Below are positions 8,113 through 15,673 of a stretch of DNA of 18,486 nucleotides, piece after piece. The position numbers and the translations under genes are program-made. The notes below the pieces were generated by a model that was given only the letters and a program-made list of their open reading frames with translations, searched no databases and was not told the DNA's origin. Numbering within the stretch: position 1 is the first letter of the stretch; the number at the start of each line of letters is the position of its first letter. Source of the stretch: Candidatus Altiarchaeales archaeon IMC4 (GTDB lineage Archaea; Altiarchaeota; Altiarchaeia; IMC4); assembly GCA_001742785.1 (NCBI GenBank), contig MCBF01000001.1:1014857-1033342 (forward strand), written 5' to 3'.

Positions 8113-9960
8113 CTATCTGTTCAACGCCGTTAATATCATATCTTTATTTATCAATACGTTTTTTCCCCATAGTCCAGGCGGAAGTTGTTCAAGTTCTGTC
8201 TCATTAAATGCCTTGAGAATATCTATTAAATCTGACGCTTTAATTAAGCGAATGTTCATTTCGCTGGTTTCACACTCGTTTACAAAATCGCCGCTAAATT
8301 CCGGGGCAACCAATAATGAATTTATTACTCTAAACCCTTTCTTTTCAGCTAATCTAATATATGCTTTGATTTGACGCGATACGGAACTAAACTTAGTATA
8401 CTCCTTTTCTTTAACTGATTTACACTCAATTATTATTATCTCATTGTTGCCTAAATTAAGAACAATATCCAGTTTGTCCTTCTTGGTATTTAACTTTTTT
8501 CTTAATTCCTCATCAACCTTAAAGCCTAATTTTTTGAAAATGGTTTTTGTAAGTTCTTCAAATTTTATTCCTAATTCACTATCTTTAAGTTTAATGCCGT
8601 TTTCTTTTAGAGCAGTTATCTCTCTGGAAGCGATACTCACATAGTTTTCTAGTTCAATATCCTCTGCATCTTTGTATGCGTCTAAAATGTTAAAAACAAG
8701 GTCGCCCCTTGTTTTTATAGATTTGGCTTTACAAAATTTTTCAAGGTCTCTTTCACCGACTATATCTAAAATGTCCGTCGGCTTAATATTACGGTCTAAA
8801 AGGTAATCGCTTCTCAATACGCATTCGTCCTGCAACTCGAATTCAGATTTTATTACATCGTTTAATTTAGAACAATTCTCGCTTAGTTCCAGGAGTAATT
8901 TCTCATAACCATCTATGGCAATGCCAACCTTTTCATCTTTTTCAATTTCTTCAAAGTGTTTGACCAAATTTTGTATTTTTTCCTCTATTTTTCCACCTCC
9001 AAGAGGGGGTGATATGTTTAATCCTTTTTCCATTAGTTGATTAATAAATTTTTTCTTTTCGGAAAGGCTCGTGCCCTCTTTATAAATATCATTCAAAAGT
9101 ATACCCGAAAATGAAATCCCTTCGTTTATAATTGCTTTAATTTTAATTTCATTGGGTTGTTTCCAATCAATGTTATGTTTTCTGGCAACCAAGTTGATTT
9201 GCGCATCACTCAATTGTTTTAGAACTCGCCTTAAAAATTTATCTGCAACTTCTTTGCCTCTGATTCTTCTTAAAATCATAACGACTTCGTCTGCTATGAA
9301 AACTTGGTTGTTCGTCTTAGAATAAAATAGCACTCCTATTTCTTTTAAATTGGCTATCAGATGATTCATGTCTAATTTTTCAGGTTTTACTATCCCATAA
9401 TTGATTAACTTAATTTCTTCTTGAGATAGCCCGAGTTCTTCGGAAAGTTTTACAAGTATCGATTGTTCGTCGCTTGTTATTTGTTCACTTTGGTTCGCCC
9501 TTTTGTCATTTGAATATGCAGTATTTAGACACTCTTTGTAGATATTGTAGTCTCTTTTTCTAGTTTCGTCAATGTCGGATTTGTCGCTTTTAATGTCATT
9601 TTGAAAAACCTTCTGCCTTGCTTCTATCTTTTTTAGTTCATTTTCATATAGTTTGTAAAACCATTCTCCGGACATAATACAATTCCCATCTCGGATGATT
9701 ATGTCAGTAACTATGTCAAGTTGCAATGTTGTGCTTTTAAACTCTTCTTTCACTTGTTCAGAAAACTCTCTTTCAATAAGATTGAATACCCTGGCAATGT
9801 TGATACTGTCTGCCTCTTTTATTGAGTTCTTGTTAGTATCGCTAAGTATTTTTTCTATCTCTTTTGAGTTCTGACATTCGCCACTGATTTTCTCTATTAT
9901 TACCAGAAATCTGTTTTTCTCAATGGAGTTCAGTTGGTCTAAGATTTTTTCAAGTTTCAT
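8113..9960 (-). CDS. 615-aa protein with a C-terminal Mrr-like PD-(D/E)xK restriction-endonuclease-fold domain; candidate defence nuclease
   Basis: FEELTKTIFKKLGFKV...DKLDIVL...IIIECKS...QIKAY...SLLVAPEFS matches the E..D..(D/E)xK..Q pattern of Mrr_cat-like domains. Strongly AT-rich relative to the flanking housekeeping genes. Confidence 0.75.
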   Translation of the reverse strand: MKLEKILDQLNSIEKNRFLVIIEKISGECQNSKEIEKILSDTNKNSIKEADSINIARVFNLIEREFSEQVKEEFKSTTLQLDIVTDIIIRDGNCIMSGEWFYKLYENELKKIEARQKVFQNDIKSDKSDIDETRKRDYNIYKECLNTAYSNDKRANQSEQITSDEQSILVKLSEELGLSQEEIKLINYGIVKPEKLDMNHLIANLKEIGVLFYSKTNNQVFIADEVVMILRRIRGKEVADKFLRRVLKQLSDAQINLVARKHNIDWKQPNEIKIKAIINEGISFSGILLNDIYKEGTSLSEKKKFINQLMEKGLNISPPLGGGKIEEKIQNLVKHFEEIEKDEKVGIAIDGYEKLLLELSENCSKLNDVIKSEFELQDECVLRSDYLLDRNIKPTDILDIVGERDLEKFCKAKSIKTRGDLVFNILDAYKDAEDIELENYVSIASREITALKENGIKLKDSELGIKFEELTKTIFKKLGFKVDEELRKKLNTKKDKLDIVLNLGNNEIIIIECKSVKEKEYTKFSSVSRQIKAYIRLAEKKGFRVINSLLVAPEFSGDFVNECETSEMNIRLIKASDLIDILKAFNETELEQLPPGLWGKNVLINKDMILTALNR

Positions 9961-10000
9961 CTTTACTATTTTTTATCGTAAATTATACTCATGTCGCGTT

Positions 10001-10054
10001 GAATTCACGAAGTGAATTCCTTTCCTGTCTTGCCGGCTGGGACGCCAGCCGTGC
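10001..10054. repeat. Two intergenic hairpins
   Basis: GAATTCAC-gaa-GTGAATTC (10001-10019); GC-CG-GCTGG-gacg-CCAGC-CG-[T]-GC (10032-10054). Confidence 0.75.
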
Positions 10055-10082
10055 TCAGCTCATCTTATTTGGTTACAAATTA

Positions 10083-10304
10083 TTATTTTGATTTACTCCA
10101 CTCATCGCGGTCGATTCCTGCCTGCTTTAGTATCCGCAACAAGAGGGCCGCCCCTATTTTTTCACGGTGCGGGTTTGGAATGGTAAGCACAATGTCACCC
10201 CGTACCATATATGGGTGTTTTCCACCGGCATATGGCCCTGCAAAACTCAACTCATGCAGTCTCTTTACTAGTTCTTTCCATGAAACGGGCGTTAGTTTAT
10301 CCAC
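10083..10304 (-). CDS. hicA: HicA-family toxin
   Basis: PVSWKELVKRLHELSF...GGKHPYMVRG...IPNPH...LLLRILKQAGI; GTG start overlapping the hicB stop by 8 nt. Confidence 0.88.
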   Translation of the reverse strand: MDKLTPVSWKELVKRLHELSFAGPYAGGKHPYMVRGDIVLTIPNPHREKIGAALLLRILKQAGIDRDEWSKSK

Positions 10305-10554
10305 ATGTAGCCACTATTTTATGAGGCACGTTAATACTATATTTATCTATTGTGGGAATCGCAAGGCCCTCTTTCAGCCTTATGATTATCCATCCCTCAA
10401 TGACTTCAGTTAATTTAAGTCGGCACTCCTCCAAGGTCTTGCCGCTTGCCCACACACCCCTCAACTCAGGAACCTCGCCGTAGTAAGGTTCCTCATCTTT
10501 GATTATTTCATAATGCGCCTTGTACAATGCGGCATTGATATACTCTTGAATCAT
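10297..10554 (-). CDS. hicB: HicB-family antitoxin (short form)
   Basis: YYGEVPELRGVWASGKTLEECRLKLTEVIEGWI...GLAIP is a HicB-like N-domain; overlaps the hicA start, suggesting translational coupling. Confidence 0.88.
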   Translation of the reverse strand: MIQEYINAALYKAHYEIIKDEEPYYGEVPELRGVWASGKTLEECRLKLTEVIEGWIIIRLKEGLAIPTIDKYSINVPHKIVATCG

Positions 10555-10612
10555 TGTTTATCGCCTATTAATATTTGGAGTTAAAATTCTTAAATACGAT
10601 TGCATGGGCCAA

Positions 10613-11218
10613 TCACCTTGCCGACTGCGCAATACGCTCGACCTCTTCCTTTCTGGCTATTGCGTATGCCTTGCTGTCGTTGTTTGCCGCGAGTATTATC
10701 TCCTCCGCCAGGCATTCTTCAATCGGCTTTTTCGAGTTGAACGCAGTGGCGAATGCGCTGAGTGCTATGTACCTCAGCCCGAAATCGACACGCCTCTGAG
10801 CCGAAACGTCGACCGCCTGGTGGTAGCGGATACCGCCGTATATGATTGTGGTCGTCTCCTCGCGCGGGCCGGCGTTCTGAAGCGCGTCGACGAATATCTG
10901 GATCGGGTTCTTTTTTGTCCGCTGCTCGATTATCCCGAATGCGTCCCTGACGATGTTTATGGCATTCTGCTTGTTTCCGGTGTTCCCTATGCCGCGTATG
11001 TATTTGCCAGCCACCTTCCGCGTGCCCTGCCCCGAGCGCATCAACTTGTTTACAAGGCGCTCTACGACATTCATCTTGCTCTTGCCGAACTGTTTGCCCG
11101 TGAGCCTCCCGTGGCTGTGCGGCACGTAAATCGGATTTAGGGATATGTATCTCTTCATGCCCTCGTCCTTGACCTCCACGTCGAACCCCCACCTGCTGAA
11201 TAACTTTATGTCTGCCAT
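10613..11218 (-). CDS. rps7: 30S ribosomal protein S7 (uS7)
   Basis: VVERLVNKLM, NPIQIFVDALQNAGPREE, AVDVSAQRRVD, ECLAEEI, RKEEVERIAQSAR. Confidence 0.98.
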   Translation of the reverse strand: MADIKLFSRWGFDVEVKDEGMKRYISLNPIYVPHSHGRLTGKQFGKSKMNVVERLVNKLMRSGQGTRKVAGKYIRGIGNTGNKQNAINIVRDAFGIIEQRTKKNPIQIFVDALQNAGPREETTTIIYGGIRYHQAVDVSAQRRVDFGLRYIALSAFATAFNSKKPIEECLAEEIILAANNDSKAYAIARKEEVERIAQSAR

Positions 11219-11219
11219 T

Positions 11220-11384
11220 TTAACTAAATTTCTTGAAGCCGATGCTGGGTGCGACCTCCCTGAAACAGCGCCTGCATATGTTCAGGCCGTACTTGTGGAT
11301 CATCCCCCTGTTTGTCCCGCACACGCTGCATTTAAGGTTCCTCGAATCAGCCCTTTCAATTTTTAATTTTGATTTCTCTGCCAT
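11220..11384 (-). CDS. rps14: 30S ribosomal protein S14 (uS14, Zn-binding), 54 aa; not in the ORF track
   Basis: Manual translation: [54 protein letters not shown]; CxxC...[13 protein letters not shown] signature; expected position after L5. Confidence 0.96.
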   Translation of the reverse strand: MAEKSKLKIERADSRNLKCSVCGTNRGMIHKYGLNICRRCFREVAPSIGFKKFS

Positions 11385-11389
11385 TTTTA

Positions 11390-11905
11390 TTACTCCACCT
11401 TCACACCGAACTTTTCCTTTATGAACTTTATCGACTCTTCCTTTGTCAGCCTCGCCTTCTGGGGGACTTTTGTCTTTTTCAGGTGGCGCCTTTTTATCCT
11501 GCCGCCCGGCCGCTCTATTGTCGCGTTTATGTTAAGCCCGAATATCCCGATGTCGGGGTCGTATTTCACGTCCTTGATGTCGATGTACTCGTGGATCCCG
11601 AATGCGAGGTTTCCGGCATCGTCAAAGCACGATTGGTTTATGCTGTTATCCTTCGCATAAAACCCTCTCAAGAGAAACCCCTCTGCCGGTTTTTTGCGAA
11701 GCGTTACCTTGCAGCCAATCGGCTCGCCCTTCTTAAGGTCCCACGCAGGTATCCTCTTGGTCGAATATGTCCTTGTGGGCTTTCTGCCGGTGAGTTTCTC
11801 AAGGAGTTTCTCTGCCTTGACAAGTTTTTCCCCGCTCTCGCCCACGCCTATGTTCACAACGACCTTTTCGATCCTTGGGCTCTGCATCGGATTAGTGTAC
11901 TCCAT
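11390..11905 (-). CDS. rpl5: 50S ribosomal protein L5 (uL5)
   Basis: [53 protein letters not shown]. Confidence 0.98.
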   Translation of the reverse strand: MEYTNPMQSPRIEKVVVNIGVGESGEKLVKAEKLLEKLTGRKPTRTYSTKRIPAWDLKKGEPIGCKVTLRKKPAEGFLLRGFYAKDNSINQSCFDDAGNLAFGIHEYIDIKDVKYDPDIGIFGLNINATIERPGGRIKRRHLKKTKVPQKARLTKEESIKFIKEKFGVKVE

Positions 11906-11906
11906 C

Positions 11907-12572
11907 TTAAACAGTTATCTCTGGCTTTTTCTCGCCTATCATGAAAACGTAATCAGTCAGCGTCTGGATTTCGCCAAGCGAAGTGATTGATCTTCTTGTT
12001 GCCGTGGAATCCACGATGTCCGTTACCTGGCCGGTTACACCGCTGTGCCTGCCCTTGACGACAATCGCGATGTTTCCTTTGTCGAACTTTATACTGCCAG
12101 CGATCTTCCTTCCGGGAACCCCTAATATCAGGGTCTCGCCCGTCTTATAGTCGTTTTCCCCAAGGACGTTGCTTCCGTCGTGCAGGTTAAACTGCACCAT
12201 GCCGCCGCTTATCACCGACTTGTTGAGTATCTTGCACAGCTTGAAGCCCGCCTCTTTCTTGTTTATGTCTTTGAGTTTCAGCCCCGCTTTTGACGGCATT
12301 ACCCTGAAGCACTTTTTGGCCTTTGGTATCTCGATGACGTCCATCAGCCCGACCCCGTATTTTGGGTCCTTTCTGGGCTTTCCGTCAACGATTATCTGGC
12401 CCCTGCTTATTATATGTACCGCTTCCCGAGTATTATCTGCATACCCGAGCAGGTCCCTTACCAAAAGCAGAATGGGTATTGTATTGTCCTTTGGGTGCGG
12501 GCCGGGATTCGGCGTGACAACCCACTTCTTTGCTTTTCCGTATCCTGATGTTATGCGTTTCGTATGAGCCAT
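11907..12572 (-). CDS. rps4e: 30S ribosomal protein S4e (eS4)
   Basis: PNPGPH, VDGKPRKDPKYGVGLMDVI, QFNLHDGSN, GRHSG, DYVFMIG. Confidence 0.97.
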   Translation of the reverse strand: MAHTKRITSGYGKAKKWVVTPNPGPHPKDNTIPILLLVRDLLGYADNTREAVHIISRGQIIVDGKPRKDPKYGVGLMDVIEIPKAKKCFRVMPSKAGLKLKDINKKEAGFKLCKILNKSVISGGMVQFNLHDGSNVLGENDYKTGETLILGVPGRKIAGSIKFDKGNIAIVVKGRHSGVTGQVTDIVDSTATRRSITSLGEIQTLTDYVFMIGEKKPEITV

Positions 12573-12573
12573 G

Positions 12574-12942
12574 TTAACCTATGTTCCTCTCAAGCACTGC
12601 GCGCCGTTCCTTGTCGTCTATGTAGAGGTCCGTTATCTTGACGTTTGATGGGTGGATGCTGCGCTCGACGTCAGTGCCGTCTGATTTTTTTATCGTTATC
12701 CCCTCCACATAGATCTTGCATTTTTTGGGGTCGACCTTTGTAACCTCGCCGGTTTGACCCCTGAACTCGCCTCGCATTATCTTCACGGTGTCGCCTTTGC
12801 GAACCCTTATCGAAGCCCTTTTGTACTTTTTAGCAAGCTCGCCGCTAAGCATGGACGACATCATATCGCCCATATTGTGCAGCTGGGCGTTTGCAGCCCA
12901 CTTTCTTTGCTTGCCGGGTTTTTTCGAGGTTGTCCTTTTCAT
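12574..12942 (-). CDS. rpl24: 50S ribosomal protein L24 (uL24)
   Basis: SKKPGKQRK, VRKGDTVKIMRGEF, IHPSNVKIT. ATG at 12942 preferred because the longer track ORF runs into the hairpin cassette. Confidence 0.96.
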   Translation of the reverse strand: MKRTTSKKPGKQRKWAANAQLHNMGDMMSSMLSGELAKKYKRASIRVRKGDTVKIMRGEFRGQTGEVTKVDPKKCKIYVEGITIKKSDGTDVERSIHPSNVKITDLYIDDKERRAVLERNIG

Positions 12943-12958
12943 TATCTTAAGGTATATC

Positions 12959-13066
12959 CTTTTCTTTTGGGACACGCGAAACACAGTCGTGTTTCGGTGT
13001 GCCGAAATTGCACGGCAATTTCGAGCATGATAACACTTTTCTTTTGGAAAAGAAAAGGGCTATTTT
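12959..13066. repeat. Modular palindromic cassette A within the L14-L24 spacer
   Basis: CTTTTCTTTTGG at 12959-12970 and 13036-13047; two bulged-CG hairpins (12972-13000, 13000-13027); terminal CTTTTCTTTT-gg-AAAAGAAAAG followed by GGCTATTTT. Confidence 0.8.
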
Positions 13067-13073
13067 TCATTAT

Positions 13074-13514
13074 TCATATGACAATGCTTGCTATGGTCCC
13101 TATTTTGGACCAGCGCTCGGTTGCTTCTCTTGCAACGGCGCCCTTTATCTCGGTCCCTTTCGGAAGGCCGTCGTCGCCGACAATCACTGCCGCGTTATCG
13201 TCGAATTTTATTTTTGTGCCGTCGTAGCGGGTGTACTCCTTTTTCTGCCGGATTATAACGGCTTTAAGGACCTGCTTTCTGATGTCCGGGCGGCCCTTCT
13301 TTACCGAAACAATGATCATGTCCCCGACGCCTGCCGCAGGCATGCGGTTCAGGACGCCCTTGAACCCCCTGACTGCGACTAGCTCCAGCTCCTTCGCGCC
13401 GGAATTGTCCGCGCAGACAAGCCGCCCTCCCGTCGGGATCGGCTTGGACATCTTCGCGGTTATCGCCTTTCCAAGGGGCAGGTTTTTCATCATCCCGCCA
13501 ATCGGTTTTGCCAT
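13074..13514 (-). CDS. rpl14: 50S ribosomal protein L14 (uL14)
   Basis: ADNSGAKE, PAAGVGD, AVIIRQKKEY, FDDNAAVI, PKGTEIKGAVAREA. Start taken at ATG 13514; a nearby downstream Met is also possible. Confidence 0.97.
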   Translation of the reverse strand: MAKPIGGMMKNLPLGKAITAKMSKPIPTGGRLVCADNSGAKELELVAVRGFKGVLNRMPAAGVGDMIIVSVKKGRPDIRKQVLKAVIIRQKKEYTRYDGTKIKFDDNAAVIVGDDGLPKGTEIKGAVAREATERWSKIGTIASIVI

Positions 13515-13581
13515 TTTATTTAGTTGAAATAATAACTTTGTATTTGGATAATATAAAGTGAATCTCGTACATAGGTGCCAT

Positions 13582-13896
13582 TTATTCCAGTTTGTCGGTG
13601 ATAACAAAACTTACGGTCTTGCTCAACTTGCGGCACTCCATTATACGAACCTTGTCCCCTGGCTTTGCCGATATACACGGCGGGTTATGCGCGGGTATGT
13701 TAGACCTTGAGCGTTTTGAACGCTCGTATTTTTTTGAGGATACGACATAGTTCCTCTCGACTATGGCTGTGCCCTGCATCTTATCCGACTTGACCGTGCC
13801 TTCAAGCACAACCCCTCGCGTTGAAAGCGTTCCATGAACCGGGCAATTTGCATCCGTGCATTCCACTTCTTTAGCCTTTTCCTCTTTTTTTACCAT
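13582..13896 (-). CDS. rps17: 30S ribosomal protein S17 (uS17)
   Basis: CTDANCPVHG, KKYER, PAHNPPC, GDKVRIMECRKLSKTVSF. Confidence 0.97.
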   Translation of the reverse strand: MVKKEEKAKEVECTDANCPVHGTLSTRGVVLEGTVKSDKMQGTAIVERNYVVSSKKYERSKRSRSNIPAHNPPCISAKPGDKVRIMECRKLSKTVSFVITDKLE

Positions 13897-13897
13897 T

Positions 13898-14182
13898 TTA
13901 TTCTGTGAACCTTATCCTGTATTTTTTCTTGAGCCGCTCGGCAGGCCTTGCAACCAAAAGTTTCCCGTCGACGCGGACAACCGATTTGTCGGGCAGATTC
14001 AATTCCAGGACAACCGAGTCCTTTGGAACCTTCTTTTCGCCCTTGCTGGTTTTTATGACTATCGTGTTCCGGGTCTCATCCGAGATGGTTCCCGATACCA
14101 TATAGCCCGGGTGCGAAGCCGCCACTATCTTGGCATCAAGCCCTATGAGCTCGTGCCGCAAAACGTTATACGGTGTGATCAT
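13898..14182 (-). CDS. rnp1: Ribonuclease P protein component 1 (Rpp29/POP4)
   Basis: NVLRHELIGL, GTISDETRNT, KVPK, DGKLLVARPAERLK; canonical position before S17. Confidence 0.95.
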   Translation of the reverse strand: MITPYNVLRHELIGLDAKIVAASHPGYMVSGTISDETRNTIVIKTSKGEKKVPKDSVVLELNLPDKSVVRVDGKLLVARPAERLKKKYRIRFTE

Positions 14183-14189
14183 TTATCCT

Positions 14190-14486
14190 CTACATGACAT
14201 CGATCATGTCCCCGGAAAAGCCCATTTTCACAAGGACACCCTTTACGCGTCTCTTGTGGCTGCCCTGCAATTCTATCTTGCCGTCCTTTGCAGTTCCGCC
14301 GCATGCAAGGCGTGTCTTGAGGTCCTTTGCCACCGAGTTCAAATCGACATTGTCGAAGCCCTCGACGATGGTCACGATCTTTCCGTACTTTCGTTTGTCG
14401 CTATAAACCCTTATCTTCTGCCCCTGCCGAGTCATTTCCTCGCATACGCAGAGTTCTTGCGGCAGGCCACACTTAGGGCAGTTCAT
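14190..14486 (-). CDS. sui1: Translation initiation factor aIF1 (SUI1 family)
   Basis: [47 protein letters not shown] overlap with L29. Confidence 0.96.
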   Translation of the reverse strand: MNCPKCGLPQELCVCEEMTRQGQKIRVYSDKRKYGKIVTIVEGFDNVDLNSVAKDLKTRLACGGTAKDGKIELQGSHKRRVKGVLVKMGFSGDMIDVM

Positions 14487-14698
14487 TTCGCCTCCATGGT
14501 TTTGGTTTTTTCACGTTTGATCGTCAGGATGCGGGCAACGGATCTTCGCATCTCCCTTACTTTCCCTATGTCTTCGGGGATACCGCCCGAAGCAAGAACC
14601 CCCTTTATCCTCGTGAGCTCTTTCCTTAATTGTGAAAGCCGGTCATCCAGTTCTGCCGGGGGCATTTGCCTCAGTTCGCTTGAACGCAGTATTGCCAT
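14483..14698 (-). CDS. rpl29: 50S ribosomal protein L29 (uL29)
   Basis: [12 protein letters not shown]...LRKEL...[12 protein letters not shown]; follows S3. Confidence 0.95.
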   Translation of the reverse strand: MAILRSSELRQMPPAELDDRLSQLRKELTRIKGVLASGGIPEDIGKVREMRRSVARILTIKREKTKTMEAK

Positions 14699-14750
14699 CG
14701 TAGTATAGTATATGTTATTAGATATTTAATACAACCCTATTATTTCGTTT

Positions 14751-14814
14751 CCCGTATTATAAAGTATAGGAATACTTTATAATAGGGCACAAAAATTAAT
14801 CAGGATTAATTTTT
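14751..14814. repeat. Long AT-rich hairpin with a bulged G, plus a palindrome over the S3 stop codon
   Basis: CCC-[G]-TATTATAAAGTAT-agga-ATACTTTATAATA-GGG (14751-14787); AAAAATTAAT-cagg-ATTAATTTTT (14791-14814). Confidence 0.75.
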
Positions 14815-15629
14815 CTTGTTGTCTTTTTAGCCGCTGGTTTCTTTTCGGTCTTTTTGTCTTTTTTTGCAGGGGCTGGTTTTTCCACTGCGGCTTTAACCGG
14901 CTCCTCGCCTTTTAGGGGTGCGAGCTTTTCCTTTTTGGCTTCGGGTTTCTCTTTTGGTTTTGCCGCAACATCCTTCTTTTCCTCAGGCATCTCCTTCGGA
15001 GCTTCCTTCTCCTTTTTCTCTGCTTCCGGAACCCTCTTTATGACGGTTATCTGGTCGGGGAATATCGTTCCTGGCGGAACTATCTTAACACCAACCCCTA
15101 TTACACCTGCCTTAAGCGATGCCTGTGTCGAGCCGACTTTTACAAGTTTAACCGCATCGCCTGCTTTTTTCATATACCCCTCGAGGTATTTCTCGGTTCT
15201 CGAGCGCCCGCCCTTGCCGACAATTTTTCCGGAGAGGGTTATTTCCACGCCTCTCGCGCCTGAAGACATTACCGCACGCAGGGCCTTGTAGACGACACGT
15301 CTGCGGTTCAGCCCCCTCTCAAGTGCCGTCGCGATCCTTCTGGATACGATGTTCGGGTCAAGCGTCGGCTGTTCGACTTTTTGAACGTCTATCGTGGGGT
15401 TTTCAAGCCCGTACTTCGAGCGAAGAACCTCGGTCATTGTGTCAATGCGCTTGCCCCTTTTGCCGATGACGAGCGGCGGTTTCTCCACGTACAAAATGAT
15501 TCTTGTGGCAAACGGTGTCTTCTGTATCTCTACGCCGCTGTAGCCTGCACGATTCAGCTTGCTCCTCATATAACTCTCGATTTCCGAGTGTATTATCCCT
15601 TCCTGTATAAAGTGTTTTTCTGCCGCCAT
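14796..15629 (-). CDS. rps3: 30S ribosomal protein S3 (uS3) with a long Lys/Glu/Pro/Ala-rich tail
   Basis: RAGYSGVEI, VIGKRGKRI, GARGVEITLSGK, GVIGVGVKI, FPD, then a low-complexity tail of about 80 aa. Confidence 0.97.
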   Translation of the reverse strand: MAAEKHFIQEGIIHSEIESYMRSKLNRAGYSGVEIQKTPFATRIILYVEKPPLVIGKRGKRIDTMTEVLRSKYGLENPTIDVQKVEQPTLDPNIVSRRIATALERGLNRRRVVYKALRAVMSSGARGVEITLSGKIVGKGGRSRTEKYLEGYMKKAGDAVKLVKVGSTQASLKAGVIGVGVKIVPPGTIFPDQITVIKRVPEAEKKEKEAPKEMPEEKKDVAAKPKEKPEAKKEKLAPLKGEEPVKAAVEKPAPAKKDKKTEKKPAAKKTTRKINPD

Positions 15630-15673
15630 CTTTTTATTGTGTTATGGTTTATTGTTTGTGATTATGTAAATGC

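Noticed and set aside
7981..10060. Integron attC sites flanking the nuclease gene
   Set aside because: The hairpins lack properly placed RYYYAAC/GTTRRRY boxes, and no integrase is present in the window.
12943..13607. Extended N-termini for L24 (12984) and L14 (13607)
   Set aside because: The extensions run into the hairpin cassette or overlap S17; internal ATGs match family starts.
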